A stretch of DNA of 64,000 nt from an uncultured Candidatus Rokubacteria bacterium (GTDB lineage: Bacteria > Methylomirabilota > Methylomirabilia > Rokubacteriales > DASRDR01): NCBI GenBank assembly GCA_963708025.1, contig CAVPSB010000013.1:160001-224000 (forward strand), given 5' to 3'. This document shows, one piece after another, positions 9,680 through 21,700 of this stretch. The position numbers were made by a program, and so were the translations under genes. The notes beneath the pieces were generated by a model. The model had not been told where the DNA came from. It saw only the letters and a program-made list of their open reading frames with translations, and searched no databases. The number at the start of each line of letters is the position of its first letter. Position 1 is the first letter of the stretch.

Positions 9680-9910
9680 CTACGCCGTCCGGGCTTGACG
9701 CTCGCCGATCGGCGTTGACTGACATTCGGGACACCTCGTTGCCCAATGCAGGATGCAACCCGCGCTGTCGCCGGGGTGCGGCCACGCGCTGTCGCATTCG
9801 ACACAGTAATGGGAGTGCCGTGACCTGGGGCTGGCGCGGATCACGGCTGCGGAGTGCTTCCTCCGCCACCAATCGCGTCCGGGCGTCACCGTAAGGGGCC
9901 AGGTCGCCAT
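9680..9910 (-). CDS. Small putative Zn-binding protein (76 aa)
   Basis: HSHYCVEC..H..C..CPEC; GGAG RBS. Confidence 0.5.
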   Translation of the reverse strand: MATWPLTVTPGRDWWRRKHSAAVIRASPRSRHSHYCVECDSAWPHPGDSAGCILHWATRCPECQSTPIGERQARTA

Positions 9911-10012
9911 AGCCTATCTCCCGCGGGGCATCACGCCCTCAAACCCTCCGGATGCCGAAGTTGATCTCCGGCGTCCGCACCCAGCCTCCGATCCGGCCGG
10001 TCTGGCTCCAGG

Positions 10013-10291
10013 TCACGCAGCCGCATCACGGTCGGCTCCGCCGTTCCACGCGTGCTTCATGGACGCGGGGTCAGGCGCCATCGGACGGAGCCGCAGCGGC
10101 CGGTACCCGCTCCGCCCGAGATCCTCGATGGCGCGCGCGACTGCATCCGGATTGGCGCTCTCGCCGGCCAACACCCGGACGCGCGGCAGCGCTTGGTGTC
10201 GCGGGACGCCGCCCTCGACCCGAGACTCGATCCCTTCCATCGGCTGGTGGCGGACCACGATCGACCGGTCATCGTCAATGTGCAGTCGCAT
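10013..10291 (-). CDS. Degenerate HTH-only GntR paralog (92 aa)
   Basis: MRLHIDDDRSIVVRHQ..GGVPRHQALPRVRVLAG..NPDAVARAIEDLGRSGY aligns with the N-termini of the two full GntRs. Confidence 0.7.
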   Translation of the reverse strand: MRLHIDDDRSIVVRHQPMEGIESRVEGGVPRHQALPRVRVLAGESANPDAVARAIEDLGRSGYRPLRLRPMAPDPASMKHAWNGGADRDAAA

Positions 10292-10301
10292 CAGGCTATA
10301 C

Positions 10302-10321
10302 CGTACTAGTACGGTAGTACA
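10302..10321. promoter_or_regulatory. Operator 3 CGTACTAG-TACG-GTAGTACA overlapping the minus-strand promoter TTGACA(10339-10334)-N17-TACCGT
   Basis: Same promoter/operator register as operators 1 and 4; also overlaps a perfect 18-bp palindrome TACCGTACTAGTACGGTA (10299-10316). Confidence 0.8.
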
Positions 10322-10569
10322 CACTGCCGGGCCTGTCAAGCTCCGATTCCGATGGTCGTGCCCGCGCCAGGTCGGGTCCAGTCAAGAGCGCTTTCTATGG
10401 ACGCGTGCGCGACCGCGGCTCGACCCGCGGACGAAGCAGGCCTCGACGCGCGGGGAACCCCAGTCCCATGGCCACGGCGAGCCGGCACGCCTTGCGTCCG
10501 CGTCCAGGCCTGCGCTACGCTGGCGCGGCCTCGCAGCCGCCGCCAGCTGGCGCGCAGGCAAGAACTCCC

Positions 10570-12533
10570 GTGAACGAGAACGCTCGCGTTCCGATCCCCT
10601 TCGGGCGATCGCTGCCACAGCCGGCGCTGGAGTCCCGCTCCACCATCGGGCGGTGGCTGCTCGGCGTGAGCGAGCTCCACGCCAGGAGAAGCCGTGAGAC
10701 GCACTCGTGGCGGCGCGTGATCTGGCTCACAGGCGTCAACTACTTCTCCACCCTGGGCTACCAGCCCGGCATCGCGCTCCTGGCCGCCGGTGCTCTCGCG
10801 CCGCTCGCAACGTCCGTCCTCGTCCTCGTCACGCTGCTCGGCGCCCTCCCGATCTATATCCAGGTCGCCCGCCGCTCCTACGCTGGCCAGGGGTCGATCG
10901 CGATGCTGGAGAACCTGCTCCCCGGTTGGACTGGCAAGCTCCTCGTGCTGATCCTGCTTGGGTTCGCGGCCACGGACTTCGTCATCACCATGACGCTGTC
11001 GGCCGCGGACGCCGCCAAGCACGCGATCGAGAATCCGTATCTCCATCGGTTCCTCAGCGACGCGCAGGTCGGGGGCACGCTGGTGCTCCTCGCCCTACTC
11101 GCCGTGATGTTCCTGCTCGGCTTCCGAGAAGCGATCGGGGTGGCCACGGTCGTCGCCATCCCGTACCTGCTGCTGAGCCTGGTCGTGCTCGTGCGCGGCC
11201 TCGTCGAGATCGCCGCCCGGCCGGAGCTGTGGAGCGGCTGGCAGCACGCCCTCGAGGCCCGGGGCGAGTGGGGCACGATCGCCGCCGGCGCGCTGCTAGT
11301 GTTCCCGAAGCTCGCCCTCGGGATGAGCGGCTTCGAGACCGGCGTCTCGGTGATGCCCCTCATCGACGGCGGCGCGTCCGATGCACAGCCGCGGCGCGGG
11401 GCCCAGCCTCCTGTCGGCCGGATTCACAACACGTGCAAGCTGCTCGTCGCGGCGGCAGCGATCATGAGCGTGATGCTTGTGCTCTCGAGTGTGGTCACGA
11501 CACTCCTGATCGCGCCGGCTGACTACCGGGAAGGGGGACCGGCGAGCGGGCGCGCGCTCGCCCACCTCGCCCACGGGTTCTTCAGCCCCGGGTTCGCCTC
11601 GCTCTATGACCTCTCGACCATCCTGGTCCTCTGGCTGGCCGGCGCCTCGGCGATGGCGGGGCTGCTGAACCTGGTCCCGCGCTACCTGCCGAGGTTCGGC
11701 ATGGCGCCGGCGTGGGCGGCGCGAGCGCGCCCGCTCGTCCTCGTGCTCTTCGTCATCAATGTGCTGGTCACGCTGATCTTCCGGGCCAGCGTGGAGGCGC
11801 AGAGCGGCGCCTACGCCACCGGCGTGCTCGTGCTGATCCTGTCAGCGGCGCTGGCGGTGACGCTGGCCCTTTGGCGCGAGCATCGACACCGGGCCAGCGT
11901 CTATTTCGGCGCCATGACCCTCGTCTTCGCCTACACACTCGTCGATAACTGCGTGGAGCGGCCGGACGGGGTGATCATCGGGAGCGCGTTCATCCTCCTC
12001 GTCCTCGTGGTGAGCACGGTGAGCCGATCCGTCCGCGCCACGGAGATCCGAGTGTCCGAGGCCTACTTCCTAGACCAGGCTTCGGCGGAGCTCGGCCCGG
12101 CGCTGGTGGGTAAGCGGGTGCACATGGTCCCCATGAAGGCGAGGTCGCCGAAGGCCCGGCCGCCAAAGGCGCCGAGATCCGCCGGTACTATCGGATCGAC
12201 GAGCCGCTGATCTTCGTGCACGTGAACCTCCTCGACAACCGCAGCGAGTTCCTGGCACCGCTGGAGGTCGAGGCGTCGCGGGACGGGCGGGATCACTCAT
12301 CGAGGTGACGGGGCGATCGCCATCGCCAACACGATCGCTTACCGCGCGAGATGGTGGACCCGATCAGCATCTTCCTCAGCCGGACCCGCCAGGACCTGAC
12401 GCGGCAGGCGTTTCGGTTCCTGCTCTTCGGGGAGGGGGAGACCGGGCTGCTCGTCTACGCCATCCTCCTCCGCTACTGGCAGTGGACGACCGAGGACGAC
12501 GTGCGACCGCGGATCCACCTCCTGTCGGACTGA
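10570..12533 (+). CDS. APC-superfamily amino acid/ion transporter (frameshifts near 3' end)
   Basis: WRRVIWLTGVNYFSTLGYQPGIA, FPKLALGMSGFETG, AQSGAYATGV; C-terminus continues in other frames (..FLLFGEGET). Confidence 0.82.
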
Positions 12534-12678
12534 AGGGACGGCCGTCGTGCGACCCTCGGGCGACGGGCCGATGGACGCTCTCAGCGCGGCCGCCTCGCGC
12601 CAGTCGGCTCCGCATTCTCGATCCTCTGTTAGATTAGTCTCGTAGCATACCGGCACGAAAGGGACGGCCCGCACCGCT

Positions 12679-13386
12679 ATGCTCAGCCGACGGCAGTTTA
12701 CTCGCGTGGTCTCGGCCGGCCTCGCCGGTGCGGTGGCGCCCGCGCTGCCCGCGGCCGCCACGGCACCCACCACGGCGGCGAGACGGTCCGACGTGCGGTT
12801 CGCCGTCATGCGGGGCCGTTCGAAGATCGGCGTGCACACCGTCGAGTTCCGCGACCGGCCGGACGGGCTCGCGGTCCACACGGTCATCGACCTCGCCGTC
12901 AAGGTCGTCTTCATCACCGTCTTCCGGTATCAGCACGAGTGCGAGGACGTCTGGGTGTCCGGGCAGCTCCGTTCCCTACGGAGTCGCACGAGCGAGGACG
13001 GCAAACGGTACGCCGTCGAGGCGACGGCGGAGCCGGACGGAATTCGAGTCGTCGGTCCGGGCGGCCCGCTCGTCGTCGGCTCCCGGCTGCTGGCGTCGAA
13101 CAGCCTCTGGAATCCCCTGCTGGTCCACCAGCAGCGCCTCATCGACGCGCAGTATGGCGGGGAGATCGGCCTCGTCGTCCACCGGCGCGGCACGGAGTCG
13201 CTCGTGCTCGCCGGCACGGAGCGGGTCGTCACCGACCGCTTCCAGATCCTCACGCCGCACTTCGGCGGTCTGCTCTGGTACGATGCCACGGGCCGTTGGG
13301 TCAAGGGCTCCCTCGAGCTCCGTGGGGAGTGGATCGACATGTCTTCGATCTCTAGAGCGCTCGCGGCGCCCGCGCCACGCTCGTGA
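12679..13386 (+). CDS. Tat-exported DUF6134-like beta-rich protein
   Basis: SRRQF twin-arginine signal; [37 protein letters not shown]. Confidence 0.7.
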   Translation: MLSRRQFTRVVSAGLAGAVAPALPAAATAPTTAARRSDVRFAVMRGRSKIGVHTVEFRDRPDGLAVHTVIDLAVKVVFITVFRYQHECEDVWVSGQLRSLRSRTSEDGKRYAVEATAEPDGIRVVGPGGPLVVGSRLLASNSLWNPLLVHQQRLIDAQYGGEIGLVVHRRGTESLVLAGTERVVTDRFQILTPHFGGLLWYDATGRWVKGSLELRGEWIDMSSISRALAAPAPRS

Positions 13387-13577
13387 CCACGGCGGCCGCG
13401 CCGGACGATATCGTGTACGAAATCGCGCGCGCGGTTCTCGAGCGCTTCGACGACTTCATGCGGCTGCACGCCGCCTTCGCACCGCTCGACCCGCGCGAGA
13501 TGGTCCGCGCCGGGAACCGGGCGCCGCTCCACCCCGGTGCGGAGCGCTACTATCGGGAGCGGGGCTCGCTGCCCTGA
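13383..13577 (+). pseudogene. C-terminal fragment of a TAXI TRAP solute-binding protein
   Basis: [36 protein letters not shown] is the typical TAXI C-terminus; the rest is absent. Confidence 0.75.
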
Positions 13578-13627
13578 ATGAGTCCCATCCGCGCCCGAGC
13601 CCTGACGGCTCGGAGGAGGTGACGGCC

Positions 13628-15381
13628 ATGGCCGGAAACCAGTCCGCCCAGCGCTGGGTCAACGAGGTCGCGCGGATGTGCCGCCCCGACGAGGTCGTCT
13701 GGTGCGACGGCTCCGAGGCCGAGCACGCGCGCCTGCTCGAGACCGCGGTGCGCGTGGGGGACCTGATTCCCCTCGACCAGCGGGCCCTGCCCGGCTGCTA
13801 CCTCCACCGGAGCGCGCCGAACGACGTCGCGCGGACCGAGCACCTGACGTTCATCTGCTCCCGCGAGCAGGCCGACGCCGGCCCGACCAACAACTGGATG
13901 GCGCCGGGCGAGGCCTATGACCGCCTCTCCAGGATCTTCGCGGACTCGATGCAGGGGCGGACGATGTACGTCATCCCGTTCCTGATGGGGCCACCCGGCT
14001 CGCCCTTCAGCAAGGTCGGGATCGAGCTCACCGACAGCGTCTACGTCGTGCTCAACATGCGGATCATGACCCGGATGGGGAAGGCCGCCCTCGAGCACCT
14101 CGGCGATTCGGACGACTTCACGCGCGGCCTGCACGGCAAGGCCGACCTCAACCTCGACCGCCGATTCATCTGCCACTTTCCCCAGGACAACACGATCTGG
14201 AGCGTGGGCTCGGGCTACGGCGGGAACGCCCTGCTCTCGAAGAAGTGCCTGGCGCTGCGCATCGCCAGCCGGCTCGGCTCCCAGGAGGGCTGGCTCGCCG
14301 AGCACATGCTGATCGTCGGCGTCGAGAGCCCCGACGGCGAGATCCACTACGTGTGCGGGGCGTTCCCGAGCGCCTGCGGCAAGACCAACCTCGCCATGCT
14401 GGTCCCGCCCGGGTCGATGCCAGGCTGGAAGGTCCACACCGTGGGCGACGACATCGCCTGGTTGCGGGTCGGGCCGGACGGCCGGCTGTGGGCGGTCAAC
14501 CCGGAGACGGGGTTCTTCGGCGTCGTGCCCGGCACCAACTCGAAGACCAATGCGAACGCGATGGAGATGATCCGGCGCAACACCATCTACACCAACGTCG
14601 CGCTCCGACCCGACGGCACGGTCTGGTGGGAGGGGCACGACGATGCGTCCCCGCCCGAGGCGATCGATTGGCACGGCCGGCCGTGGACGCCGGCGAGCAG
14701 CGAGCCCGCGGCCCATCCGAACAGCCGCTTCACGGTCCCCGCCAGCCAGTGCCCCTCGATCTCGCCCGAGTGGCAGAACCCGCAGGGCGTGCCGATCAGC
14801 GCCATCCTCTTCGGCGGGCGACGGCAGAAGCTGGTGCCGCTGGTCTTCGAGGCCTTCGACTGGCAGCACGGCACGTTTCTCGGCGCCACCCTCGCCTCGG
14901 AGACCACGGCGGCGGCCACCGGCGCGGTCGGCGTGGTCCGGCGCGATCCGATGGCGATGCTCCCGTTCTGCGGCTACAACATGGGCGACTACTGGGGGAA
15001 CTGGCTCTCGATCGGCACGCGGCTGACCCAGCCGCCGAAGATCTTCCGCGTGAACTGGTTCCGGCGGGATGGGCGCGGCCGATTCCTCTGGCCCGGCTTC
15101 GGCGAGAACTTGCGCGTCCTGGAGTGGGTCATCGAGCGCTGCAGGGCGTTGGCCGCGCGGAGGAGACGCCGATCGGCTATCTGCCGACCAAGGCCGCGCT
15201 CGACCGCCGGGGGCTCGACGTCTCCGAGGAGGCGCTCGCCGAGCTGCTGGCCGTGGACCGGGACGGCTGGCGCGCCAACCTCCGGAGCCAGGGCGAGTTC
15301 TTCGCGAAGTTCGGGGACCGCCTCCCCGCCGGGATTCGGCACGAGCACGACCGGCTCGCCCGCCGGCTCCGCGCCCGCTGA
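13628..15381 (+). CDS. pckG: Phosphoenolpyruvate carboxykinase (GTP), one frameshift near 15145
   Basis: [67 protein letters not shown]. Confidence 0.96.
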
Positions 15382-15439
15382 CCGTCGGGTCGCACGCGAC
15401 TAGGCTAGGCTGCGATCTCCTGACCGAGGAGCCTGATCC

Positions 15440-17300
<1,861 letters not shown>

Positions 17301-17427
17301 AGCGGACGCTCACGACGACAATCACCCGGGAGAGCGGGTCACCTGGCGGGCGAGCCTCCGGCTCACCGCGATCGCGAGGTCGGCCCGCTCGGGATCTGTC
17401 GCTCAGCGCTTGACCAGGTGGTCATGG

Positions 17428-17447
17428 TGTACTATCTTATTCATACA
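17428..17447. promoter_or_regulatory. Operator 4 TGTACTAT-CTTA-TTCATACA overlapping promoter TTGACC(17410)-N17-TATCTT(17433)
   Basis: Ends 2 nt (GT) before ATG 17450, identical arrangement to GntR copy 1. Confidence 0.8.
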
Positions 17448-17449
17448 GT

Positions 17450-18535
17450 ATGAAGATTCCGATGCGCCTGCAAGTCGATGCGCACAGCCCGATCCCGATC
17501 CGCCGGCAACTGACGGAACAACTCAAACACCTCATCGAGGGCGGCGGCGTCCCGCCGGACCAGGCGCTGCCCAGCATCCGGGAGCTCGCCGGCTTCCTCG
17601 GCATCAATCCGAATACGGTCGCGCGCGTCGTCGAGGATCTGAAGCAGAGCGGCTATGTGGAGGCGCGGCGAGGCAAGGGCGTGTTCGTCGCGCCGGCGCC
17701 TCCCGCCCGCCCGGCTCCGATCCTCCGCGAACGCTTTCTGCGGGACATGGTGATCCGGGCGGCGGCCCTCGGGATGACCGCTGACGACCTCGCGGTGGGC
17801 GTCCTGAGTCTGACCGGGGTTCGGCCCCCGGCCGTCCGGAGGGGGATCGAGATCCTGTTGGTGGAATGCAGTCCGCCGGAGCTCGACTTCTTTGCCCGGG
17901 AACTGGAGTCCCACATCCCGGTCCACGTGGATAAGGTACTCCTCGGTGACCTGGCGACCGCAGTGCGGCGCCAGAAGCAAGCCGGTCGCTGGGGGGCGGC
18001 GGTCACGAGCTTCTTCCATCTCCCGGAGGTGGAGCGCCGCCTGGGCGGCCTGGAGATCCCGGTGATCGCGCTCCTCGCCGAGGTCCATCTCGAGACCCTC
18101 CACCACCTGGCCCAGTTTCCATCCGGGACCCGGGTGGGCGTGGCCTCCGCTCACGTCGAGACCGCCCACAACCTGGAGCACTCGATCGCCAACGCCGGGC
18201 TGCCGAACATCGCACTGGTGGGGACGTCTCCCGCCGAGGGGGCCAGTTTGGAGCGCCTGGTGCGGCGAGTGGACGTCATGGTTTGCTCCACCGCCGCCGC
18301 GGATCGAGTCCGGCAGCTGGCTGGCTCGGCCGTGCAGGTGCTCATCGACGACCGGGCACTCGATCCGCGGGCCATCCAGATGCTCGCGGCCCTCATGGTG
18401 CAGCAAGACGGCGATAAGCCGGACAACCCTCCCGCGCCCCGTCCGAAGGCAGCTGGGCTGTCGGTCCGCTCCGGGCGCCCCGCCCGGGGCGCCACGCGGA
18501 AGACCGCGGGAGCACGTCATGCGGAGAAGCCGTAA
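17450..18535 (+). CDS. GntR family regulator (YtrA-type HTH + PlmA-like C-terminal domain), copy 2
   Basis: Highly similar over its full length to 5273..6352. Confidence 0.9.
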   Translation: MKIPMRLQVDAHSPIPIRRQLTEQLKHLIEGGGVPPDQALPSIRELAGFLGINPNTVARVVEDLKQSGYVEARRGKGVFVAPAPPARPAPILRERFLRDMVIRAAALGMTADDLAVGVLSLTGVRPPAVRRGIEILLVECSPPELDFFARELESHIPVHVDKVLLGDLATAVRRQKQAGRWGAAVTSFFHLPEVERRLGGLEIPVIALLAEVHLETLHHLAQFPSGTRVGVASAHVETAHNLEHSIANAGLPNIALVGTSPAEGASLERLVRRVDVMVCSTAAADRVRQLAGSAVQVLIDDRALDPRAIQMLAALMVQQDGDKPDNPPAPRPKAAGLSVRSGRPARGATRKTAGARHAEKP

Positions 18536-18749
18536 GCCGGTGGGAAACGGTGGCAGCGGAAGGCGAACGAGCAGCGCATCCGAGAACGGACGGCCTGGGC
18601 GATAGCTCCTGACTCCGCGTCTCCCTGGATCGCGCCTCACGCGACGTCCGCGACCAAGTAGCCAGCGAGGGCTCCGGGATCGATGCTGGTCGGCCCTGAA
18701 GTCACGTGAGGCATTTCGAAGCTCCAGGGATGATTCGCCGAGGCCACCG

Positions 18750-21700
18750 ATGAGTCCCCCACCGTTGGACAAACCCTCCGAAGGGTCCCCCCTCGCCGCT
18801 CGCCCATCCGCGCCCAGCGGACAGGCCGCCGACATGCCGGGACTGAGAGCCAGGGCACTGTTCCGAGACTTGGGGTCGCGCGCGTTCTCGTCGGGATCGC
18901 TGCCTGACTCGCCAGGACCCAATCAGGGCGGAGCTCTTCAGCGCCGAGACGTCTCGAACAGCATGCGGAAAGCGTCGCCGCGCAGCGTGTCCACGCCGAG
19001 GGTGGGAGCGGACGCCCCCTCTCGCCGCGCGTGCGAGACAGCGGGCGCGTGCTGCTCCGATGCTATCGCGAGCTCGCCGCCGTGATCCGAGAGGAAGGCG
19101 CGATCACCCCGGCCGCGGAGTGGTTCGTCGACAACTTCCACATCGTGGAGGACGTCCTTCGAGAGGTCCGGGAGGATCTTCCTCCGGGATTCTACCGCCG
19201 GCTGCCAAAGCTCGCGGAGGGACCCCTCGAGGGCTACCCGCGGGTGCTCGGCCTGGCCTGGCCCTTCGTCGCCCACAGCGACAGCCGCTTCGAGCCCGAG
19301 ACCCTCCAGCGCTTCGTCCAGCGATTCCAGCGCGTCCAGGCGCTGACCATCGGCGAGCTGTGGGCCGTCCCGATCGCCCTGCGTCTGGTGCTCCTGGAGA
19401 ACCTCCGGCGCCTGGCCGAGCAGATCGTCAACGGCCGCGCTGCGCGCCGGGACGGCGGACGCGCTCGCGAACGAATTGCTCGGGCTCGGAGGGGAGCCGG
19501 CGCGCCGTCTGGCCTTTCGGCGGCTCGAGGCCGCTGCCCTGCCGATGGCCTTCACCGTGCAGCTCGTCCAGCGCCTGCGGGAGCAGGATCCCGAGTCGAC
19601 ACCGGCGCTCGCATGGCTCAGCGAACAGCTGTCCGGCCTGGGCACGTCGCCCGACGAGCTCGTGCGTCAGGAGCATCAGCGCCAGGCGGCGATGAACGTG
19701 ACGGTCCGCAACGTGATTACCAGCATGCGGACGATGTCGACGTTCGACTGGGCGGAGTTCTTCGAAAGCGTCAGTCTGGTCGATGCCGCGCTGCGCGCCG
19801 GGAGCGACTTCGGCGCGATGGACTTCAAGACGCGCGACCGATACCGTCACGCGATCGAGGACCTCGCTCGAGGTTCCCGGCGGACGGACATCGACGTCGC
19901 CCAGGAGGCGATCGCTCGAGCGAACGCGCGCCGCGTCGGAGCGGGAGCCGGCGGGCACCTCCGGCGGATCCCGGGTCGAGGATCCTGGCTACTACCTGAT
20001 CTCGAAGGGGCGCCGCGGCTTCGAACGGGAGATCGGCTACCGGGTCCCCGTCACGCAGTGGCTGCTGCGAGCCTACGTGGGCGGAGCCACGCCGGGCTAC
20101 CTGGGCACCATCGGCGTCATCGCGGGGTTGCTCGTGGTGGTTCCCTCTCGTCGCCACGCATGCCGCGGGCGTGAGCCCGCGTTGTGCTCGTTCTTCTCGG
20201 ACTCGCCGCCTTGATTCCGGCATCCGATCTCGCCGTCGCGCTCATCAATCGCTTCGTCACGGAGCTGCTCGGCCCCCGAGCGCTGCCGCGCCTCGAGCTC
20301 GCCGAGGGCATCCCGCCGACCCTGCGAACCCTCGTGGTGATGCCGACCTTGCTGGTGAGCGACGCCGAGATCGAGGAGCAGGTCAATCGCCTGGAGCTCC
20401 ACTATCTGGCGAATCTGGAGGGCGCCATCCACTTCGCTCTCCTCTCTGACTGGATCGACGCGCCGACGGAAACCATGCCGGCTGATGATCGGCTCCTCGA
20501 GGCCGCGATCGAGAGGATCGCCCGGCTCAACCGGCGCCATGGTCCCGCTCCCGACGCGGGGGCCCGATTCCTCTTGCTCCACCGCCGCCGGGTCTGGAAT
20601 GCCAGCGAGGGCCAGTGGATGGGATGGGAGCGCAAGCGCGGCAAGCTGCAGGAGCTCAACCAGTTGCTCCTGGGGCACGACGGCACGACGTTCATGGGGT
20701 CCCGGCTGGACGTGCCGCCTACGGTCCGATACGTGATCACCCTCGACGCGGACACGCGCCTGCCTCGAGGCGCCGCCATCCGCCTCGTCGGGACGATGGC
20801 CCATCCGCTCAACCGGCCTGTCTTCGATGCGCGCGTGGGCCGGGTCGTCGAGGGCTACGCGGTCCTTCAGCCGCGTGTCACTCCCACGATGCCCACCGAT
20901 CGCGACACGTCACTCTTCCAGCGGCTCACCGCCGGGCCGGCGGGGATCGATCCCTATGCGGCGGCGACCTCCGATGTCTACCAGGATCTCTTTGGAGGCG
21001 GCTCATACACCGGCAAGGGCATCTATGACGTCGAGGCATTTGCCGGGGCGCTGGAGGGTCGCGTACCCGAGAATGCGCTCCTCAGCCACGATCTGTTCGA
21101 GGGGATCTTCGCGCGGACGGGACTGGTCACCGACATCGAGCTCTTCGAGGAGTTCCCGACGGACTACGAGGTCGCTGCCGCCCGGCAGCATCGATGGGCG
21201 CGCGGCGACTGGCAACTGCTGCCCTGGATCGTCCGGGGGGCCGCCGGGGCCGGGACGCATCGAAGCTCCATCCCGCCGATCGATCAGTGGAAGATGGTGG
21301 ACAATCTCCGGCGCACTCTGTCGGCTCCGGCCGCGTGGCTGACGCTCGCCGCCGGCTGGACGCTTCCCCACCGCCTGCCGCTCGTGTGGACGACGTTCGT
21401 CCTCGCCACGATCGCAGTACCCGCCCTCCTGCCCGCGTTCGCCGAGGCGATCCCGAGGCGAGCGGGAATCTCCAAGCGGACCCACGTCCGCGCGGTCGGG
21501 CGGAGCTTCGCGCTGGCGGCCTCCCAGATTGCGCTGTGGATCACGTTCATGGCGCATCAGGCGTGGCTGATGGGCGACGCGATCGGGCGGACCCTGATCC
21601 GCGTGTATGGGACCCATCGACGGTTGCTCGAATGGATGACGGCCGCGCAGGCCAAGGCGGGACTGTCCCTCACGCTGGCCGGCGCCTATCGACGGATGCG

